Positions 17,988-27,957 of a stretch of 64,000 nt of DNA are shown here, one piece after another. Location: contig DATIBD010000103.1 in NCBI GenBank assembly GCA_035457705.1, positions 2,838-66,837 on the forward strand, given 5' to 3'. The DNA is from Vicinamibacteria bacterium (GTDB lineage Bacteria > Acidobacteriota > Vicinamibacteria > Marinacidobacterales > SMYC01). Each line of letters begins with the position of its first letter. The first letter of the stretch is position 1. The position numbers and the translations under genes are program-made. The notes beneath the pieces were generated by a model. It saw only the letters and a list, made by a program, of their open reading frames with translations, had not been told where the DNA came from and searched no databases.

Positions 17988-20617
17988 GCGACCGCTGGCG
18001 ACGCCGCCTTGCGGCCGCGGTCGTCCGGGGCTTCGCGGTGCTCGTGCCACACGACGAGCGCGACCGCTGGAAACGAGAGTGGCTCGCCGAGATCGAGTGC
18101 TCGAAAGCCGACGGAGTAGTCGGCCATAGTCTGGGTGCGGCGCCTCACGCCGTCTTTCTCTTCAAAGATGCCTGGAGGTGGGACGTGATGCATCGAGATG
18201 TCCATTACGCTCTTCGCAGCCTGCTTCACCGGCCCGGCTTCCTAATTGCCGCGGCGGTGACGCTCGCCGTCGGCATTGGGGCGAACGCCGCCCTCTTCTC
18301 CGTCATCGACGCCGTGCTGCTCCGTCCCCAGAGTTACGGAGAACCGGAGCGAATCCTCTCCGTCTTCGAGACGCAAGACGGAGGGATCACGCGCGATGGA
18401 CCCGGACCGGCCAACCTTCTCGACTGGCGACGCCAGAGCGAAACGCTCGATGGCATAGCCGCATGGTGGGTCGAGTCCACCACGCTCTTGGGCGATCGAA
18501 ACGGCGAGACGGAGGAAGTACCCAGCGCCCGCGTGACCGCGGATTTCTTTCGCGTGCTCGCCGTCGAGCCGATCCTCGGGCGCACGTTTACCGATGCGGA
18601 AGTCGCCGACGGGGAGCCCGTTGCCGTCCTGAGCTACGAGTTGTGGCAGACCCGTTACGCTTCGGATGACGGTGTTCTCGAAATGGACGTCCGGTTCAAG
18701 AACGAGGCCTGGCGGGTCATCGGGGTCATGCCGCCGAGATTTCGGCCGCCGGGAACGCTCGCCGGCGATGTTCTGCTCTACAAGCCCTGGGATTTCGAGC
18801 GCGACTATGCCCACCTTCCCGAGGTGCCTCGTGACCATCGGTTCCTTCGCGCCGCGGCGCGCCTGGCGCCCGGGACAACGCTATCCCAAGCCCAGGCGGA
18901 AATGGACTCGATTGCGGCTTCGCTCTCCGCGGCTTACCCGCCTACCAACCGTGGATGGAGCGTCGTGCTGGTTCCGGTTCACGAGGCGATCGTCGGCGAC
19001 GTCAAGCCGGCCCTCATCATCTTGCTGGGCGCGTCGGGATTCCTGCTTCTCCTCGCCTGCTCCAACGTGACGAGCCTTCTTCTCATGAGGGCGTCGGGGC
19101 GAAGCCGGGAGATGGCGGTGCGAACCGCGCTCGGCGCCTCCCGACTTCGTTTGGTCCGTCAGCTCGTGGTCGAGAGCATTCTGCTCGCCGGGCTGGGCGC
19201 GGTTCTCGGAACGCTTTTCGCTCGCGCCGGCATCGAGCTCGTCCTTCGCTTTGCCCCCGCGGGAATTCCGCGAGTCGAGGAGATCAGCATCGATGGGCGC
19301 GTATTGATGTTCGCGCTCGCCGTCGCCGCTCTCACCGGCCTCGCCGCGGGTCTCGCTCCGGCGATTCATAGCTCGAGCGCCCCGCCGTCGAGAGGCCTCA
19401 AAGACGCCTCGGGAATCGTGTCGTCGGAAGGGACGCGGCAGCGTCTTCGCTCCGCCATCGTCGCCGTCGAAGTGGCGGCAGCCGTGCTGCTGTTGACGGG
19501 CTCGGGCCTATTCCTCCAGAGTTTCGCTCGCGTTCTCGCCGTCGAGCCCGGCTTCGATCCGGAAAGGCTTCTCGTCGTCCGGATGCGTCTCGATCCAGAG
19601 ACCTACGGTGGCGGTGGGGCGCACCTCTACTATGTCGAGCTTCTCCAGCGCCTCCGTGCGCTTCCCGACGTGATCAGCGCGGCCGGCACGACCGCGCTCG
19701 AGATGGACGAAATGGATGTCGACTTCGATCGTCCGTTCTGGCGCGACGGTGAACCCAGGCCGTTGGGCGGCGGACCGGGTGTCCAGATCCGGATGGCCAC
19801 CGTAGGCTATTTCGAGACGATGAGGATTCCCTTGCTGGCCGGGCGCACGTTCCAGGAGCTCGACGATCGGACCAAGCCGCGCGTACTCATGGTAAACGAG
19901 TCGATGGCACGACGGACGTGGCCGGGAGCCAGCCCTCTCGGCAAGCGCATCTTCATCGATTACCAGAACTATCGGGTAGCCTACGAGATCGTGGGCGTCG
20001 TGGGGGATACGCGTTTCTACGGACACCGGAGCGCGACGAAGCCCGCCGTCTACATACCGCACGCGCAGAACCCGTATCTCCCGCTCAATCTCGTGATTCG
20101 CACGGCCAGCGACCCGGCGGCCATCGCACCGGCTGCGAGGCGGGCGGTGCTCGAGCAGGATCCGAACCAGCCGGTCCATAGCATGCACACGATGGATGCC
20201 CTCGTCAGTGGCCATCTCGGCAAGGACCGTTTCGCCGCCTTTCTCATGACGCTCCTTGCGGCGATTGCGTTGTTGCTCGCCACGGTCGGACTGTACGGCG
20301 CGGTTGCCTACGGTGTGAGCTTGAGACGACGGGAGCTCGGTCTTCGCCTGGCACTCGGTGCCGACCGGCGCGATATCGTGAAGCTCGTCTTAGCCGGAGG
20401 TGTGCCCATCGGGCTCGTGGGAACGGCGATCGGTTTGGCGGCTGCCGTCCTCTGGGGCCGATTCCTCCGAGCGGTTCTATTCGAGATCTCGCCCACGGAT
20501 GCGACGACGCTCGGCGTCGCTGCCATCCTTGCCATCGTCACCGTCGTCTCGGCCTGCTACCTGCCCGCGCTTCGCGCCTCGCGGATCGATCCCACGACGA
20601 GCCTGCGTGCCGATTGA
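17954..20617 (+). CDS. MacB-like ABC permease with duplicated FtsX domains (Acidobacterial Duplicated Orphan Permease, 'ADOP' family)
   Basis: Overlaps padR. N-terminal helical extension (...RDRWKREWLAEIE...). Then MHRDVHYALRSLLHRPGFLIAAAVTLAVGIGANAALFSVIDAVLLRP, a large periplasmic domain, and two 4-TM FtsX modules. C-terminal ...LPALRASRIDPTTSLRAD. Confidence 0.85.
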   Translation: MSRANGQGVDVSDRWRRRLAAAVVRGFAVLVPHDERDRWKREWLAEIECSKADGVVGHSLGAAPHAVFLFKDAWRWDVMHRDVHYALRSLLHRPGFLIAAAVTLAVGIGANAALFSVIDAVLLRPQSYGEPERILSVFETQDGGITRDGPGPANLLDWRRQSETLDGIAAWWVESTTLLGDRNGETEEVPSARVTADFFRVLAVEPILGRTFTDAEVADGEPVAVLSYELWQTRYASDDGVLEMDVRFKNEAWRVIGVMPPRFRPPGTLAGDVLLYKPWDFERDYAHLPEVPRDHRFLRAAARLAPGTTLSQAQAEMDSIAASLSAAYPPTNRGWSVVLVPVHEAIVGDVKPALIILLGASGFLLLLACSNVTSLLLMRASGRSREMAVRTALGASRLRLVRQLVVESILLAGLGAVLGTLFARAGIELVLRFAPAGIPRVEEISIDGRVLMFALAVAALTGLAAGLAPAIHSSSAPPSRGLKDASGIVSSEGTRQRLRSAIVAVEVAAAVLLLTGSGLFLQSFARVLAVEPGFDPERLLVVRMRLDPETYGGGGAHLYYVELLQRLRALPDVISAAGTTALEMDEMDVDFDRPFWRDGEPRPLGGGPGVQIRMATVGYFETMRIPLLAGRTFQELDDRTKPRVLMVNESMARRTWPGASPLGKRIFIDYQNYRVAYEIVGVVGDTRFYGHRSATKPAVYIPHAQNPYLPLNLVIRTASDPAAIAPAARRAVLEQDPNQPVHSMHTMDALVSGHLGKDRFAAFLMTLLAAIALLLATVGLYGAVAYGVSLRRRELGLRLALGADRRDIVKLVLAGGVPIGLVGTAIGLAAAVLWGRFLRAVLFEISPTDATTLGVAAILAIVTVVSACYLPALRASRIDPTTSLRAD

Positions 20618-20845
20618 TCGGATCGCCGGGAAGCCGTTGCGACCCGTCGGTGGGCTCACTCTCAGCCTAGAAGTGCTCAATGCCGTGGGCGGGACCCGTA
20701 ATCGATCGGGCCGCCACGGCTCGGGCTGCTTACGGCGCGGCAATTATTCGCACTGCGTGCTCACATCTGATACCCACGAAGCAGTCCAAATGCGGACGAT
20801 TGCGCCGGGCTCGCTCCGCTCGCGCAGGGTGGGCTGAGTTTTTCA

Positions 20846-22048
20846 TCACCCTGACAGGAGCATGAATAGGAGGTGACCAAAGACTCCGGCGAAGAGGCCT
20901 CCGGTGAAATGGGTCACGATGGCCACGCTGGTCAGATCACGCTCCTTGATGCCGTCCATCATTCCCACATGAGTGCTCAAGAACCCGGCGTTGCAAATTC
21001 CCATCGCGGTGAAAACACAGACTTCCCGAGCTCCTATGATTCCGGTCTCGAGGAATCTCGGAACCATGGCAAGCGCCGCACCCACCGATCCCAGCGACGT
21101 TACCGGAAAGGCGATGGCTTCGGGATTCTCGAATCCGAAGAGCGGCTCGATCAGAAACGAGAGCTTGGCTCCGAGCCAGGGGAAGAAGGCAACGCCTTCG
21201 TATGCGCCCCCGGTGTACACGCCCTCCTTCGGCCCGTAGGAGAGCATCATGACGGTGGTGCAAATGATGATGATTCCCGGCGTGATGTCGAGTCCCGTTT
21301 GGACCCCATGAGCACCCCCGTCGAGTAGAGCCTGCAGCGCTCTTTGAGCGACGTTGCCCCTCCGTACTTCTCGATAACGAAAGATGTCATAGCCCTCCTG
21401 TTCCTCGGTGACGACTCCCTGCTCCCGGCCGTATTTCTTCTTCCCGAAATGCCCCATGAGGCGGACCCCGACGATGCCCCCGAGAATCGCCCCGATGTTG
21501 CCGAGGAGAACCGCCCTCCCCAGGGGCTGCCCTTCGGAGGACTGCGCCAGCATGAAGGTCGTGACGATGAGACCCATGCCAAAGACGGTTCCCAGGTTGA
21601 CGAGGGTGGTCACCTGCCACTTCTTGAAGTACTTGAGAAATCCCTTGTCGGCGCTCAAGGGCATGATGGCTGGGTTATCGGACAGGTAGGTGGCGACCAC
21701 GCCGACGGAGCTCGCGCCCGGAAGGCCGAAGAGCGGCTGCATCAGAGGGGACAGGAGCCGGTTGGCGATGCTGACGATCCCGAACTCGGAGATGACCGAT
21801 GTGAACGCTCCCGCCAGGATGATGACTCCCATCAGGAACAGGGCGGTGTTCAGGATCAGGTCGTGCGCCGTGCTCATCATGGTCTTGAACATCTGGGCGA
21901 GTCCCATCGTCCAGGCGAGGGCGGCGAACGAGGAAACGACGACGAAGGTCGCGACGATGGTCTCGGCGGTGACCGCAGCCACGATGCGGCGCTCGGTGTC
22001 AGGTCGCCCAACGTCGTTGCCATCGTCTCTCTTTACTCCAAACGCCAT
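20846..22048 (-). CDS. polytopic inner-membrane protein, nucleoside-recognition (Gate/YjiH-like) domain family
   Basis: 10-12 predicted TM segments; Gly-rich helices. Family assignment is by overall pattern only. Confidence 0.5.
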   Translation of the reverse strand: MAFGVKRDDGNDVGRPDTERRIVAAVTAETIVATFVVVSSFAALAWTMGLAQMFKTMMSTAHDLILNTALFLMGVIILAGAFTSVISEFGIVSIANRLLSPLMQPLFGLPGASSVGVVATYLSDNPAIMPLSADKGFLKYFKKWQVTTLVNLGTVFGMGLIVTTFMLAQSSEGQPLGRAVLLGNIGAILGGIVGVRLMGHFGKKKYGREQGVVTEEQEGYDIFRYREVRRGNVAQRALQALLDGGAHGVQTGLDITPGIIIICTTVMMLSYGPKEGVYTGGAYEGVAFFPWLGAKLSFLIEPLFGFENPEAIAFPVTSLGSVGAALAMVPRFLETGIIGAREVCVFTAMGICNAGFLSTHVGMMDGIKERDLTSVAIVTHFTGGLFAGVFGHLLFMLLSG

Positions 22049-22208
22049 CGCGCCACCCCGAGGGAAAGTTTTCTCGAGATTCTAACGGTTCAGAGGGTGA
22101 TAGTAGACGCGAAAGAATAGCTCCCGGCCCAAGAGCGGTCCAATCCACTTCGCCCGGTATGGACGCAAACAGAGCGCCCGTTGCTACGCATCCGTTACAA
22201 TCGGGCAC

Positions 22209-23183
22209 GTGGAGCATCGAAAGCTCGGTCGAACCGGCCTCGCCGTTTCGCGGCTGGGGCTGGGCTGCGGCAATTTCGGAGGGATCGGGTCGGATGCTCG
22301 TTTCTTCGGCATGGGCGAAAGCGAAGAAACGGCTCGGGCGCTCATGGACCACGCCTTCGAGATCGGCATCAACTTCTTCGATACCGCGGACTCCTATGGT
22401 GGCGGCCTGAGTCAGGAGATCATCGGCCGCTGGCTCGCGAAGAAACCGAGCTCGATCCGGCAGCAAATCCTCATCAGCAGCAAGTCGTTCAACCCGGTGG
22501 GAGCCGGGCCCAACGACCGCGGTCTCTCGCGTCGTCATCTCAAGCGCCAGGTCGAGTCGAGCTTGAAGGTTCTCGGGGTCGAACGGCTCGACATGTTCCT
22601 GATCCACGAGCCCGACCCCCAAACGCCAATCGAGGAGACTCTCTCCGCACTCGACGATCTGATTCACGATGGGAAGATCCATTACATCGGTGCCTCCAAC
22701 TTGGAGGCCTGGCGCCTCATGAAGGCGCTCGGGGTGAGCGAGCAACACCGCCTCGAGCGCTTCCAATGGGTACAGAACAACTTCAGCCTGCTCGAGCGCA
22801 ACCAGGAGGAAATGCTGGCGCTCTGCGCCGAAGAGGAACTGGGGTTCACGCCGTTCAGCCCGCTGGCCGGTGGCTGGCTGACGGGAAAGTACCAGGCGGC
22901 CGGTGATTTCCCCGAAGGCTCACGAATGACGCTGCGACCCGAGCCCTACCACCACCTTCTCGACCGGCGCGTCTTCGAGGGGCTCGGGCGGTTTCGTGAC
23001 GAAGCCCAGAGGAGGGGTCTGTCGATGGCGGCGCTCGCGCATGCCTGGCTCCTGAGTCACCCACGGGTGACGGCGGTCATCACCGGGCCGCGCACGGTCG
23101 AGCATCTCGACGACGCCAAAGGGGCCCTCGAGGTCGTGTTGTCCGCTCGGGAGCGCAGCGATCTCGAAGCGCTCTTCGCCTAA
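22209..23183 (+). CDS. aldo/keto reductase
   Basis: MEHRKLGRTGLAVSRLGLGCGNFGG...DTADSYGGGLSQEIIGRWL...IHYIGASN is the AKR signature; GTG start. Confidence 0.85.
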   Translation: MEHRKLGRTGLAVSRLGLGCGNFGGIGSDARFFGMGESEETARALMDHAFEIGINFFDTADSYGGGLSQEIIGRWLAKKPSSIRQQILISSKSFNPVGAGPNDRGLSRRHLKRQVESSLKVLGVERLDMFLIHEPDPQTPIEETLSALDDLIHDGKIHYIGASNLEAWRLMKALGVSEQHRLERFQWVQNNFSLLERNQEEMLALCAEEELGFTPFSPLAGGWLTGKYQAAGDFPEGSRMTLRPEPYHHLLDRRVFEGLGRFRDEAQRRGLSMAALAHAWLLSHPRVTAVITGPRTVEHLDDAKGALEVVLSARERSDLEALFA

Positions 23184-24589
23184 TCCAGTCGCGCCGCCAG
23201 CTGACAGATGCGCTCCACGCTCCGGTCGATGTCCGCCGCGGTCGTACGAGGGTTGATGGGACAGAGACGAATCACCGTCTTCCCGCCGAGCGTCGTCGAG
23301 CTCACGAAGGCGAAGCCGTCGTCCATCACCGCTCTTACCAGACGCCGGTTGAGCTCGTCGGCGCGGGCCGGCGGGTGGGCCCGGTAGCGGAAGGCGACGA
23401 CGCCGAGCTCGGCCGGCGCCACGATCTCGAAGAGTGGGATCTCGCGAAGCCCCGCTTCCGCTCGTTCCGCCATCTCGATACCGTGCTCGACCGCCGCCTG
23501 GATGCGATCGAGACCGAACAACTTGAACGTCATCCAGAGCCTCAACGCCCGGAAGCTGCGGGTCAGCTCGATTCCATAGTCGCAGAAGTTGAGCTCGTCC
23601 GACCCACCCTTCACATCGTCCAGATACTCGGGGAACACTTGAAAATACCTCTCGAGAAGATTCCCTTGGCGGACGAGCACGGTCCCCGTCCCGTAGGGCT
23701 GAAAAAGCCATTTGTGGGGATCCAGGCTCAGTGAATCGGCCCGATCGAGCCCACGAAGCAGATGCGACTTTCTGGGTGATAGCGCGGCGACGGCGCCAAA
23801 GGAGCCGTCGACGTGAAGCCAAAGGTCTTCTTTCCGGCAGAGCTCGGCGAGCTCGGGCAGCGGATCCACGGCTCCGGTGTTCGTCGTGCCGGCATTGGCG
23901 ATCACCACGAATGGTTTCCGCCCCCGGGCTCGGTCGAGTGCGATCGCTCTTTCCAGGGCTGGAAGCGACAGCCGAAAAACTTCGTCGGTTTCGACTCGGG
24001 TGAGTTGGTGGGGTCTCAGTCCCAGCACGCGGAAGGCCCGCTCCATCGAGGAATGCGTCTGGCTCGAACAGTATCCCATCCCCGATGCAAGGTCCCCCGA
24101 TAGCCGGTCCTCACGCGCCACCAGAAGAGCGGTGAGATTGGCCGCCGATCCGCCGCTCACGAAAAGACCGGCGGCCGAGCCAGGTAGTCCCAGGATTTCC
24201 TTCATCCAGTCGATCGTAACGAGCTCGATTTGAGCAGGGCCCGAGGCCTCGAGCCACGTCCCGGCAAAGACGTTGAAACCCGACGCAATCAGGCTTCCAA
24301 GCACGCCGGCGAAGTTGTTGGGCCCGGGAACAAACGCGAAGTTTCTCGGGTGATCGACGTGGATGATGTTGGGGAGCACGTGACGGGACAGCGTGTCGAA
24401 GATCGCGTCGGCCGAGCTCGGTTCTCGGGGTGGCGGCTCGCGGAGCGCTCGCTCCATGTCCTCTCGCGATTGGACCCGGCTCACCGGAAGCTGGGGCAGC
24501 TTTTCGAAGTGCGACACGACGAGGTCGATGGCGCGGTAGCCGAGTCTCGTCATCTCCTCGCGATCGAGCGTCAAGTCCTTCGATGCCAT
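23180..24589 (-). CDS. pyridoxal-phosphate-dependent decarboxylase (group II, aromatic-L-amino-acid/glutamate decarboxylase-like)
   Basis: ...HVDGSFGAVAAL...DSLSLDPHKWLFQPYGTGTVLVR with the PLP-Lys motif (DPHKW); start taken at MASKDLTLDREEM. Confidence 0.8.
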   Translation of the reverse strand: MASKDLTLDREEMTRLGYRAIDLVVSHFEKLPQLPVSRVQSREDMERALREPPPREPSSADAIFDTLSRHVLPNIIHVDHPRNFAFVPGPNNFAGVLGSLIASGFNVFAGTWLEASGPAQIELVTIDWMKEILGLPGSAAGLFVSGGSAANLTALLVAREDRLSGDLASGMGYCSSQTHSSMERAFRVLGLRPHQLTRVETDEVFRLSLPALERAIALDRARGRKPFVVIANAGTTNTGAVDPLPELAELCRKEDLWLHVDGSFGAVAALSPRKSHLLRGLDRADSLSLDPHKWLFQPYGTGTVLVRQGNLLERYFQVFPEYLDDVKGGSDELNFCDYGIELTRSFRALRLWMTFKLFGLDRIQAAVEHGIEMAERAEAGLREIPLFEIVAPAELGVVAFRYRAHPPARADELNRRLVRAVMDDGFAFVSSTTLGGKTVIRLCPINPRTTAADIDRSVERICQLAARLD

Positions 24590-24633
24590 CTCGCTGGATC
24601 CTCCTCTTCTCGGTGGCAAGCGGGGCTCGTGCC

Positions 24634-25434
24634 ATGACATTCTGGCCCATGGCTCTCACCGCACCAAACGAGCTCGACGAACGGTTCGCCCTCGTCACCT
24701 CGTTTCTGAGACGAGCGCGGAGCGTGCTGTTCGTCACCGGAGCCGGCATCTCCGCCGATTCAGGACTGCCCACTTACCGGGGAGTGGGCGGCCTATACGA
24801 AGTGGCGGACACCCCCGAAGGCCTCCCGATCGAGGAAATCCTCTCGGGCGAAATGGTGAGCCGCAATCCCGCTCTCACCTGGCACTATCTTCACGAGATC
24901 GAATCGGCGGCGCATGGTGCGCGGTTCAACGAAGCGCATGCATTCGTGGCGGAAGCCGAAAAGCGTCATGAACGGGTCTGGGTCATTACTCAGAACGTCG
25001 ACGGGTTGCACCGGGCCGCGGGGTCCAGTCGCGTCATCGACATCCATGGCGACATCCACGACCTTCGGTGCACGGTTTGCGACTTCACCGAAACGGTCGT
25101 GAGCTTCGAGACGCTCGCTCCCTTGCCGCTCTGCCCCAGATGCAACGCGGCTCTGCGGCCCGACGTCGTCCTGTTCGGTGAGCTTCTTCCCACCGCGAAA
25201 GTCTGGGCCATGGAAAAGGAGCTGGCCGCCGGATTCGACGTCGTTTTCTCCGTGGGGACAACCAGCGTTTTCCCCTATATCGTGCGACCTGTGCTCGAGG
25301 CGAAACGGCGAGGCGCTCCAACGGTCGAGATCAATCCCGGCGAGACGGTCGTCTCCGACCTGGTGGACGTGAAGCTGCCTCTCGGGGCCGCCGACGCATT
25401 TCAATCCATCAGAAAAAAGCTCTACGCGCCATGA
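24634..25434 (+). CDS. cobB: NAD-dependent protein deacylase, Sir2 family (CobB-like)
   Basis: GAGISADSGLPTYRG; TQNVDGLH; Zn ribbon CTVCDF...CPRCN. The size and architecture are those of the housekeeping sirtuin. Confidence 0.8.
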   Translation: MTFWPMALTAPNELDERFALVTSFLRRARSVLFVTGAGISADSGLPTYRGVGGLYEVADTPEGLPIEEILSGEMVSRNPALTWHYLHEIESAAHGARFNEAHAFVAEAEKRHERVWVITQNVDGLHRAAGSSRVIDIHGDIHDLRCTVCDFTETVVSFETLAPLPLCPRCNAALRPDVVLFGELLPTAKVWAMEKELAAGFDVVFSVGTTSVFPYIVRPVLEAKRRGAPTVEINPGETVVSDLVDVKLPLGAADAFQSIRKKLYAP

Positions 25435-25513
25435 CAATACGGGCCCGGCTGCCTGCTCTCCAAGTCGTGAACGGTTAAAGATAGAAGGTGGTTCAATGCG
25501 GAGCGGCCGAGCT

Positions 25514-25935
25514 TTACGTTATGGGCGAGTCAGTCCAGTTCTCGAGACGCAAGCGGGAGACACGACTCATCTGCTCGATATTGTCGGTGACGAGCACGGC
25601 GTCGCTACTCAGGGCGTGAGACGCTGTGGCCACGTCGAAGTCATCGATTAGGAAGCCCCGCTTCTCGAGATCGGCTTTGATTCGACCGAAAGCTCGACTC
25701 ACGTCGTCCGACCAGTTCGAGCGCATCAAGTTCTCGAGAAGGATGTCGAAACTCCGACGAAGTCGTTTTTGTCGAGCCGAGCACGGCAGTCTCGCCAGGC
25801 CGTATTCGATCTCCGCCACCACGGGCTGCGGAAGAGAGACATCGGTGCGACGATGCGCGGTCAGCCGTTGCGGCCACGTTCGGATCGCCCCCGCATGAGA
25901 AACGATACGGTATTCGTGTCGAGGACGTACTTCAT
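25514..25935 (-). pseudogene. vapC: VapC (PIN-domain) toxin disrupted by two +1 frameshifts within about 25 nt of its 5' end
   Basis: ATG at 25935 opens MKYVLDTNTVSFLMRG (classic VapC N-terminus) but the frame stops after 24 codons. GDPNVA continues in a second frame and QRLTAHRRTDVSLPQPVVAEIEYGLARLP...LVTDNIEQMSRVSRLRLENW in the third (track ORF 25514-25822). The lesions are at a GGGGG run and at GGCCGCAAC. Confidence 0.6.
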
Positions 25936-26187
25936 AGGTCGGGCGCGGACTTCCGAGTCCGACGCGATGAGGTTACGCGCATCATCTCCGTCGCGGCTCG
26001 AGCGCCCTGTTTGTCCGTCACCGCGTCGGCCAGCATTTCTCTCAGCCGGGGGCTCCAGGACGTCTCCTCACGGATTCTGGCCTCGAGCGTCTCGATTGAT
26101 GTACCGATTCCTGCTCACACCCTGCTCCTCGGCCCTCAGGTCGAGCTTCTCCAGCAATGCCTTGGGGAGATGCACCGTGGTACTCAC
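25933..26187 (-). pseudogene. vapB: VapB/CopG-like RHH antitoxin with an internal 1-nt frameshift
   Basis: GTG start at 26187: MSTTVHLPKALLEKLDLRAEEQGVSRNRYI then a premature stop. The expected continuation ...SIETLEARIREETSWSPRLREMLADAV...DL* is in the +1 frame and ends with an ATGA overlap onto the vapC start. Confidence 0.5.
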
Positions 26188-26189
26188 GG

Positions 26190-26215
26190 GAATAGAATAT
26201 GAATATATTCGTCAG
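26190..26215 (-). promoter_or_regulatory. AT-rich palindromic operator/promoter upstream of the decayed vapBC (GAATATATTC)
   Basis: CGAATATATTCATATTCTATTCCC lies immediately 5' of the antitoxin GTG. It contains a perfect 10-bp palindrome and is an AT island in GC-rich DNA. Confidence 0.35.
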
Positions 26216-26386
26216 GCGTCAGGTTTCACTCGCCGGTATCTGCGGTCGAGAGGAATACGATCCGATCCCGGAGAAGCGTTGTCGATTCGGGGCCAAGGCT
26301 GATGCCATGCTCGCGGCAGGTCGAGGCTCGCTACCCGACGCGCGTGCTTTGAGCGAAGGCTCGTTTGAGGCGGAGCGTCCCCAGAT

Positions 26387-27145
26387 ATGCCCGAGGTGGA
26401 GTTTCGGTTCTACGAAGAGCTGAACGACTTTCTTCCCGAGCGTCGGCGCAAGGGCTCCTTCGTTCACCGGTTTGATGGCACGCCATCGGTCAAAGACGTC
26501 ATCGAGTCACTCGGCGTGCCCCATGCCGAAGTTGATCTCGTCCTGGTGGATGGCCAATCGGTTGGCTTCGATCGCAGACTTTCGGGCGGGGAGAGAATCG
26601 CGGTTTATCCCGTTTTCGAGCGCCTCGACATCAGCGGGCTCACGCGTCTCAGGCCCGAACCGTTGCGAGAGAGCCGGTTCATCGCCGACGTGCATCTCGG
26701 CCGCCTCGCTCGCTATCTCAGACTTCTAGGGTTCGACACTTCGTACCGGAACGACCTCGATGACGAGGAAATCGCGACCCGAGCGCGATCGGAACGTCGC
26801 ATCGTCTTGACGCGCGACCGCGGGCTCCTGAAGCGAAAGACCGTGACTCGAGGACACTGGGTCCGAGCGACGAATGCGGGGGAGCAGCTCCATGAAGTCG
26901 TGCGGGCCTTCGATCTTGCGAAATCCGTCGATCCCTTCACTCGTTGTCTCGTTTGCAACGGGCGGCTACAGTTCGTGGCAAAGCGTGAAGTCGCCGAGCT
27001 ACTCCCCGAAGAGACTCGCGAGCACTTCGACACATTCTTGCGATGCGTGGACTGCGCGAGGCTCTTTTGGCCAGGAGCGCACTATAGCAGGCTTTCCGCG
27101 CTCGTGGAATCCGTCAAAGAGAGGGCTCCTGACGCGTACCCTTAG
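26387..27145 (+). CDS. Mut7-C RNase-domain protein (N-terminal MoaD/ThiS-like ubiquitin fold + PIN-like DUF82 + C-terminal Zn ribbon)
   Basis: N-terminal beta-grasp-like MPEVEFRFYEELNDFLPERRRKG...; central ...FIADVHLGRLARYLRLLGFD...RIVLTRD; terminal C..C...C..C (CLVCNG...CVDCARLFW). Confidence 0.7.
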   Translation: MPEVEFRFYEELNDFLPERRRKGSFVHRFDGTPSVKDVIESLGVPHAEVDLVLVDGQSVGFDRRLSGGERIAVYPVFERLDISGLTRLRPEPLRESRFIADVHLGRLARYLRLLGFDTSYRNDLDDEEIATRARSERRIVLTRDRGLLKRKTVTRGHWVRATNAGEQLHEVVRAFDLAKSVDPFTRCLVCNGRLQFVAKREVAELLPEETREHFDTFLRCVDCARLFWPGAHYSRLSALVESVKERAPDAYP

Positions 27146-27290
27146 CCCGGAGGAAGGGACGAGCTAGTCATGAGCCGGTCGCGCGAGCTGGGAGGTGCCA
27201 AACGTTTGGCAGTCAGCGGACGGCTTGGTGGACTCGGACGCAGGAGCGTCCTGGCGTCAGGGCGAGCGCTCCTGAAATAATGTCGTCTCG

Positions 27291-27947
27291 ATGGGCCTTT
27301 ACGAGAAATACCTCCTGCCCCGTATCGTGCATCTTGCCTGCGGCTCGAAGCCGGCGATGAAGCAACGGGCGAAGGTCGTTCCGTTGGCGGAGGGACGGGT
27401 TCTGGAGATTGGAGTCGGCTCGGGGTTGAACTTACCGTTCTACACCTCGAGTAAGGTCGAGCATGTCTGGGGTCTGGATCCGTCGCGAGATATGTGGGCG
27501 CTAGCGCAGAAGAAACCGGCAAGACCTGACCTCGATTTCGAGTTCATCCCGGCTCCTGCCGAGAAGATACCGCTCGATGACCGGATCGCCGATACCGTTC
27601 TGACCACTTACACGCTTTGCACGATTCCCGACGTGGGCCGGGCCCTCGGAGAGATGAGCCGTGTTCTGAAGCCCGAAGGTAAGCTCTTGTTTTGTGAGCA
27701 CGGCCAGGCGCCCGATGAGAACGTCCGGAAGTGGCAAGACCGCATGAATCCTCTTTGGAAGAAGTTGGGCGGTGGCTGCAATCTCAACCGGCCAATTTCC
27801 GAGTTGATTGAACAATCTGGGTTCAAGATTCGTGACATGGAGACCATGTACATACCCGGATGGAGACCGGCATGCTTCAATTATTGGGGCACGGCCGTTC
27901 TTGCCGATAGGTGCTCCAAGGGACCATTTATACTGGCTTTGGGTTGA
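27291..27947 (+). CDS. class I SAM-dependent methyltransferase
   Basis: Motif I VLEIGVGSGLN; post-I acidic residue; motif II LLFCEHG. Confidence 0.8.
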   Translation: MGLYEKYLLPRIVHLACGSKPAMKQRAKVVPLAEGRVLEIGVGSGLNLPFYTSSKVEHVWGLDPSRDMWALAQKKPARPDLDFEFIPAPAEKIPLDDRIADTVLTTYTLCTIPDVGRALGEMSRVLKPEGKLLFCEHGQAPDENVRKWQDRMNPLWKKLGGGCNLNRPISELIEQSGFKIRDMETMYIPGWRPACFNYWGTAVLADRCSKGPFILALG

Positions 27948-27957
27948 GGCAGGCAAG

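Noticed and set aside
24634-25434. Sir2-domain gene as a possible anti-phage defence effector (ThsA/DSR-like)
   Set aside because: At 266 aa, with the canonical Rossmann motifs plus a CxxC...CxxC zinc ribbon, it is a housekeeping CobB-type deacylase. It has no SLOG or TIR partner and no N-terminal extension.
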